Positions 54,381-58,526 of a stretch of DNA of 58,526 nucleotides are shown here, piece by piece. Source of the stretch: Vulcanimicrobiaceae bacterium (GTDB lineage: Bacteria > Vulcanimicrobiota > Vulcanimicrobiia > Vulcanimicrobiales > Vulcanimicrobiaceae). The notes under the pieces are model-generated. The model was not told where the DNA came from, searched no databases, and saw nothing but the letters and a program-made list of their open reading frames with translations. Location of the stretch: assembly GCA_035701665.1 (NCBI GenBank), contig DASSRQ010000044.1, forward strand, positions 1-58,526. Reading direction: 5' to 3'. Positions within the stretch are counted from its first letter, which is position 1; each line of letters opens with the position of its first letter. A program made the position numbers and the translations under genes.

Positions 54381-55207
54381 CGGCCTCGACCCGCACCGCA
54401 ATCGTCTTCATCGACCACTACGGTCACCGGCGCGACTATTCGTATACCGAAGTCGCGGATTGGACTGCGCGGTACGCATCGGTCCTGCGCGCGCTCGGCA
54501 TTCGCGAAGGCGACCGCGTCGCATTGTGCAACGCGAACACGCAGCGCTGCCTCTTCCTCATGCTCGGCCTGGAGCGTTTGGGCGCAAAGGACGTGGAGTG
54601 TCCGGAAGAGCCGGGCGGCGACGATCTGCTCGACCTGCTCACCCATCCGCCCGTCGCGGCGCTCGTAACCAATAGGCGGCGCCGCCCGGCTGTCGAGTGG
54701 CTGCAGGAACGGCTGCCGGAGCACACGCTGTACATGCTCGTCGGTGAAGAGCGCGACGGGTGGGCGCGCATGGACACGCTCGTGCTTGCCGCCAAGAATT
54801 ACCGCGACGTTTACGATCCCGATACGGCCGCGCCCGAAGATATCGTGCGCGTCGCGATGGATGTGTTGGAACTGCGCGCCAGCGATCGCGTCTGGAGCAC
54901 GCTCGCTTTCGCCGCAGCGTCCTGGCGCGCGTACGCGCTCGCACCTTTTTACGCGGGCGCCTGCTCGATCGTGCGCGAGCGCGAGTTCGATGTGCGCGAA
55001 TGCGCCGACATTTTATATGAAGCGGACGCCACGGTGCTGTGCGGCCCCGCAGAACACTTCGAAGCGCTGCTCGCGGCCGGCTTAGGCGATCGCTTTCAGC
55101 GCTTGCCGCACTTGCGGCGCTGTGTTGCTCTGGAAGCGAGCGAGGATCTGTGCGCGCGATGGCTCTCGGAAACCGGCAAGGCGCTGCACCGGGCTGGGTA
55201 CACGTAG
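54356..55207 (+). CDS. ANL (AMP-binding) superfamily-like protein, truncated and lacking the phosphate-binding loop
   Basis: 283 aa. YSYTEVADWTARYASVLRALGIREGDRVALCNANTQRCLFLMLGLERLGA is a typical ANL N-terminal pattern. I found no TSGTTGxPKG-type motif and no C-terminal subdomain. Confidence 0.55.
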   Translation: MYAAVDRLAASTRTAIVFIDHYGHRRDYSYTEVADWTARYASVLRALGIREGDRVALCNANTQRCLFLMLGLERLGAKDVECPEEPGGDDLLDLLTHPPVAALVTNRRRRPAVEWLQERLPEHTLYMLVGEERDGWARMDTLVLAAKNYRDVYDPDTAAPEDIVRVAMDVLELRASDRVWSTLAFAAASWRAYALAPFYAGACSIVREREFDVRECADILYEADATVLCGPAEHFEALLAAGLGDRFQRLPHLRRCVALEASEDLCARWLSETGKALHRAGYT

Positions 55208-55210
55208 GCT

Positions 55211-55525
55211 ATGAACGCCGCGTCCTTTCCCGAACTGCCGGCCTATCCGGTCAAGCAGAAGCTGAGCGTTGAAGGCGTCGAGGTCGTGCTGCTTGCGGTA
55301 CCCCCCGAGGAGCACTTCCCGCAGAACATCTACGGCCTGACCGAAAAGGGCGACGTGCTGTGGCAGATCGAGCCGCGGCCGTCCCAGACCCCGAATAACC
55401 GCTATACCTCTATACGGGACGAGATCGGCCTCGTCGTAGCCGTCGCCGAGGACACCGTCCAGCGCAAAATCGACCCCCGCACCGGGCGGGTGCTTCAAGA
55501 AGACCCGCCCACCGGAAGTCCTTGA
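55211..55525 (+). CDS. Hypothetical 104-aa protein
   Basis: The ORF starts 4 nt after the previous stop. I recognise no motif. Confidence 0.45.
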   Translation: MNAASFPELPAYPVKQKLSVEGVEVVLLAVPPEEHFPQNIYGLTEKGDVLWQIEPRPSQTPNNRYTSIRDEIGLVVAVAEDTVQRKIDPRTGRVLQEDPPTGSP

Positions 55526-55552
55526 CGTCCGGCCCCCATCCTGTGGTAAACT
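55522..55552 (+). promoter_or_regulatory. Candidate sigma-70 promoter of the infC operon
   Basis: TTGACG (55522-55527), a 19-nt spacer, then an extended -10: TG-G-TAAACT (55544-55552). Confidence 0.4.
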
Positions 55553-55697
55553 CCTTGAGCCGAAGTAGTCCGAGCTTGTCGAGGACTCACCGGATGCCTA
55601 CGGGCGATCCGGTCGCTTCCGAGGAACCGCCGGTAGGTTCCGCGTGCAGCGTTGTCGTCTTCGGCAACGTCTTTTGTTTTTTAAGGAGTAATCGCTC
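55553..55697 (+). promoter_or_regulatory. Structured 5' leader of infC-rpmI-rplT (ribosomal-protein-leader-like attenuator)
   Basis: Hairpin CCGGAT/ATCCGG (55590-55612). Hairpin GGAACC/GGTTCC (55623-55641). A terminator hairpin plus T-tract lies immediately before the AAGGAG SD (55683-55688). Confidence 0.55.
55650..55682 (+). terminator. Intrinsic terminator inside the infC leader
   Basis: CGTTGTCG-TCTT-CGGCAACG forms an 8-bp stem including one G-U pair (55650-55669). It is followed by TCTTTTGTTTTTT (55670-55682). Confidence 0.65.
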
Positions 55698-56339
55698 ATA
55701 GCAAGACCGCTCAGAGTAAACGACCAGATCCGCATCCGCCAAGTGCGCGTGATTGACGACGACGGCAGTCAGCTCGGAATCATGCTTACGGAAGATGCGC
55801 TGCAGCGCGCGCGCACGGCAGGTCTCGATCTGATCGAAGTGTCGCCAACCGCTCAGCCGCCGGTTTGCAAGATCGGCGATTACGGACGCCTCAAGTACGA
55901 GCAGTCGAAGAAAGACAAAGACGCGCGTAAGAAGCAGAAAAACTTCGAATTAAAAGAAGTGAAGCTGCGCCCGAAGATCGAGACGCACGATTACGAGACC
56001 AAGGCCCGCATGGCCGAACGTCTGCTGCTCGACGGCAGCAAGATCAAAGTCACGATCATGTTCCGGGGACGCGAGATTACGTATACGAGCTTCGGGCGCA
56101 AGCTGCTCGACCGCATGGCCGCCGATATGACGCCCATCGCGACGATCGAACGCGATCCGAAACTCGAAGGAAAAAACATGTTCATGATCCTCGCGCCGCG
56201 TGCGACGCCGACGGGTCCGCCGAAATTCTTGTCCGCTCACGAGCACGAGAAAGAACGCGACCAGAAGCCTGCCGAGCCTGCCGAGCCCGCCGAGCCCGCC
56301 GAGCCCGAGGACAAAACGAAGGAGCCTACCAGTGCCTAA
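55698..56339 (+). CDS. infC: Translation initiation factor IF-3 (ATA start codon; C-terminal extension)
   Basis: An in-frame TAA lies at 55689-55691. ATA 55698 is 9 nt after AAGGAG. The conserved N-terminus (M)ARPLRVNDQIRIRQVRVIDDDGSQLG begins upstream of the first GTG (55743). The core ends at KNMFMILAPR and is followed by about 40 extra residues. Confidence 0.9.
   Translation: MARPLRVNDQIRIRQVRVIDDDGSQLGIMLTEDALQRARTAGLDLIEVSPTAQPPVCKIGDYGRLKYEQSKKDKDARKKQKNFELKEVKLRPKIETHDYETKARMAERLLLDGSKIKVTIMFRGREITYTSFGRKLLDRMAADMTPIATIERDPKLEGKNMFMILAPRATPTGPPKFLSAHEHEKERDQKPAEPAEPAEPAEPEDKTKEPTSA
56268..56303 (+). repeat. Four tandem 9-bp repeats encoding (PAE)x4 in the IF-3 tail
   Basis: cctgccgag, cctgccgag, cccgccgag, cccgccgag. 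Confidence 0.9.
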
Positions 56340-56538
56340 GATCCGTACCCACCGTGGTACCGCAAAGCGTGTGAAGGTGAGTGCGAACGGCGTCGTTCAG
56401 CACCGTCACCAGTTCAGCGGCTGCGGCCACATCATGAGCAAGCGCACGCGCAAGCGCAAACGTAAATTCCGTAAAGATCAACCCGTATTCAAGGGCGATC
56501 TGAAGCGCTTGGCGCCGACGATTCCGTACCTGGTGTAG
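56332..56538 (+). CDS. rpmI: 50S ribosomal protein L35
   Basis: GTG 56332 follows GGAG (56321-56324). (M)PKIRTHRGTAKRVKVSANG ... KRTRKRKRKFRK. It overlaps the infC 3' end by 8 nt. Confidence 0.9.
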   Translation: MPKIRTHRGTAKRVKVSANGVVQHRHQFSGCGHIMSKRTRKRKRKFRKDQPVFKGDLKRLAPTIPYLV

Positions 56539-56552
56539 GAGACGCATCTTAG

Positions 56553-56912
56553 ATGGCACGTATTAAACGCGGTCTTCACGGACTCAAACACCGCCGCAAA
56601 GTGATGAAGCTCGTCAAGGGCTTCCGCGCCGCGCGCCGCCGCAACTATCGCGTTGCGAACGAAGCGCTGCTGCACTCGCTTGCCTACGCTTATCGCGACC
56701 GTCGCGTCCGCAAGCGCGACTTCCGCGCATTGTGGATCAGCCGCATCAACGCGGCCGTTCGCAAAGAGGGCCTGACGTACTCGGTCTTCATGAGCGGTCT
56801 GAAAAAGAGCGGCGTTACGCTCAACCGCAAAGCACTCGCCGAACTCGCCGTATCCGACGGCGCGGCGTTCAAAAGCTTGGCGCAAACCGCAAAGCAAGCT
56901 GTTAAAAAATAG
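56553..56912 (+). CDS. rplT: 50S ribosomal protein L20
   Basis: MARIKRGLHGLKHRRKVMKLVKGFRAARRRNYRVANEALLHSLAYAYRDRRVRKRDFRALWISRINAA. Confidence 0.95.
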   Translation: MARIKRGLHGLKHRRKVMKLVKGFRAARRRNYRVANEALLHSLAYAYRDRRVRKRDFRALWISRINAAVRKEGLTYSVFMSGLKKSGVTLNRKALAELAVSDGAAFKSLAQTAKQAVKK

Positions 56913-56932
56913 AGTATTCCGGGTTTTAAAAA

Positions 56933-56960
56933 AGAGATCGCCGCCGGCGGTCTCTTTTTT
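56933..56960 (+). terminator. Rho-independent terminator after rplT
   Basis: GAGATCGCC / GGCGGTCTC form a 9-bp stem with one G-U pair and a 3-nt loop. The hairpin is followed by T7 and preceded by A6. Confidence 0.85.
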
Positions 56961-57064
56961 TATTTACCCGGCAATTTCGACTCTTAAAGTAATTGGATCA
57001 AGGCGATGGTAAATCGCGCACGCGCTTTCTTGATGGTGCTGCCAAGCGAGGCGTAGTGTTGATG

Positions 57065-57100
57065 CACGCCTGCCCGGACAATACAGGCGTGGCTTTTGTG
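57065..57100 (+). promoter_or_regulatory. Hairpin plus short T-tract in the leader of the glycine-rich protein gene
   Basis: CACGCCTG (57065-57072) pairs with CAGGCGTG (57084-57091), leaving an 11-nt loop. GCTTTTGTG follows. The element ends about 10 nt before ATG 57111. Confidence 0.35.
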
Positions 57101-57110
57101 GGGTATCGTT

Positions 57111-58526
57111 ATGGTGTACGCCAAATCGCTGCTTGCTTTTGCGTTTATCACCGCCGCGGCATTCGTATTTTCTCCGGCGAACGCGCGCGCGACGACCAAT
57201 CCCTGTTCGGTAACGCCGAACGGATTGGGCGGATGGAACTTAAACTGCGCGGCAAATCCGCCCACGCTTATCAACCCGCTCAACGACATCTTCAACGGCA
57301 GCCCCGATCCCGCATCGGGCGGATCGACGGGCGCCGTGGTGGTCTCTCCGGGCGACGGCGATAACGGTAATCCGGGCCAAAATCAGACGCTCGATCTGTT
57401 TCCGGCCGCGAACGGCGTGCAGGCCATTGAAGATTTCGGCAGCGCGAGTTACGGCATGTTCGTGCAGTCGAAAGGCGCGAACGGCGGCGGCGGCGGCGAT
57501 GCCGATGCATGCGTTTGCGGCGGCGGTAACGGCGGCAGCGGCGGAGCCGGCGGCAATCTCACGATCACCATCGAGCCAACGCTGACTGTTTTTACCTCAG
57601 CGTTTAACGAGCCGGGCGTCTTCGTGCAAAGCGCGGGCGGCAACGGCGGAAACGGCGGCGACGGCAACGGCGCGCTCTCCGCGGGCGACGGCGGCGTCGG
57701 CGGTGTCGGCGGAAGCGTCTCGCTTACGATCTTCAGCGACGTCACGACGGTCGGCGATGCATCCGACGGCGTCATCGCGCAAAGCATCGGCGGCGGCGGC
57801 GGAAGCGGCGGCGGCGGCCTCAACTTCAGCGGCGGCAGCGGCGGCCCGAGCGAAAACGGCGGCAGCGTTACCGTCAATTTGGGCGACACCGGCGGCGGCA
57901 AACCGGGCTCGATCGAAACGTTCGGCAACGGATCGATCGGATTGCTCGCGCAGAGCATCGGCGGTTACGGCGGCGTCGGCGGCAGCAGCTTCGGACTCGT
58001 CTCCGTTTCCGGCGGCGGCGGCAACGGCGGTAACGGCGGCGACGTCAGCGTTACGACGAGCTTCGATTCGTTGATAACCACATTCGGCGCGGGCTCCACC
58101 GGGCTTATCGCGCAGAGCATCGGCGGCGCGGGCGGAAGCGGCGGCGACGGCGGCGCGCTCTTTTTCGGTGCCGGCGGCAGCGGTTCGGTCGGCGGAAACG
58201 GCGGCGGCGTAACGGTACGCAATGGTGCGGCGATTACGACCTACGGCGGCGGAGCGAAAGGGTTGCTCGCGCAAAGCATCGGCGGCGGCGGCGGTAACGG
58301 CGGCGCAGGCGTCGGCATCGTGGGCTTGGGCGGCAGCGGAAGTTCGACCAGCCCCGGCGGCAACGTTGCGGTGTTCAACACCGGAACGATCGCGACGAAC
58401 TCGACGAGCTCCAGCAGCGGCGGCAGCAACCCGACCTTCGGTAACGATGCGATCTTCGCGCAAAGCATCGGCGGCGGCGGCGGCAACGGCGGAACGGGCG
58501 TCGGATTGTTCTCCGTCGGCGGAAGC
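57111..58526 (+). CDS. Secreted glycine-rich repeat protein (beta-helix/adhesin-like); 3' end outside the window
   Basis: I translated this by hand. MVYAKSLLAFAFITAAAFVFSPANARA is a signal peptide. All 472 codons to the window end lack a stop. The motif (I/L/F)AQSIGG(G/Y/A)GGxGG starts at 57777, 57948, 58110, 58269 and 58458. It is absent from the ORF track because it is open-ended. Confidence 0.8.
   Translation, partial: MVYAKSLLAFAFITAAAFVFSPANARATTNPCSVTPNGLGGWNLNCAANPPTLINPLNDIFNGSPDPASGGSTGAVVVSPGDGDNGNPGQNQTLDLFPAANGVQAIEDFGSASYGMFVQSKGANGGGGGDADACVCGGGNGGSGGAGGNLTITIEPTLTVFTSAFNEPGVFVQSAGGNGGNGGDGNGALSAGDGGVGGVGGSVSLTIFSDVTTVGDASDGVIAQSIGGGGGSGGGGLNFSGGSGGPSENGGSVTVNLGDTGGGKPGSIETFGNGSIGLLAQSIGGYGGVGGSSFGLVSVSGGGGNGGNGGDVSVTTSFDSLITTFGAGSTGLIAQSIGGAGGSGGDGGALFFGAGGSGSVGGNGGGVTVRNGAAITTYGGGAKGLLAQSIGGGGGNGGAGVGIVGLGGSGSSTSPGGNVAVFNTGTIATNSTSSSSGGSNPTFGNDAIFAQSIGGGGGNGGTGVGLFSVGGS

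Noticed and set aside
56984-57295. 103-aa minus-strand ORF after rplT
   Set aside because: It overlaps the promoter/leader and the signal-peptide-coding start of the plus-strand glycine-rich gene. It has no motif and no SD.
57449-58486. Pro-rich (PPLPPLPPP) and Ala-rich ORFs on both strands
   Set aside because: They are alternative readings of GGC/GCC-rich DNA. The plus frame from 57111 gives a signal peptide and a regular Gly-rich repeat protein with no stops.
1-58526. Search for mobile elements, prophage genes, CRISPR-cas, toxin-antitoxin pairs, reverse transcriptases, rRNA and tRNA
   Set aside because: I found no translated frame with transposase, integrase, Cas, RT or phage structural signatures. 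No intergenic region is long enough or patterned for rRNA or tRNA. This is limited to by-eye detection, so short or divergent elements could be missed.

Overview
This is a GC-rich bacterial chromosomal window that is almost entirely coding. I count about 48 protein genes. I found no rRNA, tRNA, CRISPR array, transposase or integrase. Because of the GC content, nearly every real gene is accompanied by long Arg/Ala/Pro-rich shadow ORFs in other frames or on the opposite strand. I therefore chose frames by recognisable protein motifs, signal peptides, SD-like sites and start/stop coupling.

Two real genes are absent from the ORF track because they run off the window edges:
- uvrA (minus strand, 1-2951)
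- a secreted glycine-rich repeat protein (plus strand, 57111 to beyond 58526)

Housekeeping content:
- uvrA, uvrB, prs, L25/Ctc, pth, glmU, gltX
- split methylmalonyl-CoA mutase plus meaB
- uppS, a tricorn-type protease, pstS, tag, rocD
- infC-rpmI-rplT, with a structured leader ending in an intrinsic terminator and an ATA start codon for infC

Accessory content:
- A co-directional chain uvrB>doxX>GH38 mannosidase>HAD hydrolase>SARP/BTAD-STAND-TPR regulator.
- A four-gene ECF sigma/anti-sigma/ABC-2 exporter operon with overlapping junctions.
- Three apparently catalytically degenerate enzyme homologues (ArgB-like, M48-like, ANL-like).
- A GAF-GGDEF protein.
- The most unusual locus (about 24.9-37.5 kb): a translationally coupled TPR/ATP-grasp ligase, a PLP decarboxylase and a MalT-like STAND/LuxR regulator. 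These are followed directly by four paralogous lipoprotein sedolisin (S53) peptidases and an orphan STAS protein.

All functional calls come from my reading of translated motifs. No database search was run. Taxonomy cannot be assigned from this window alone.
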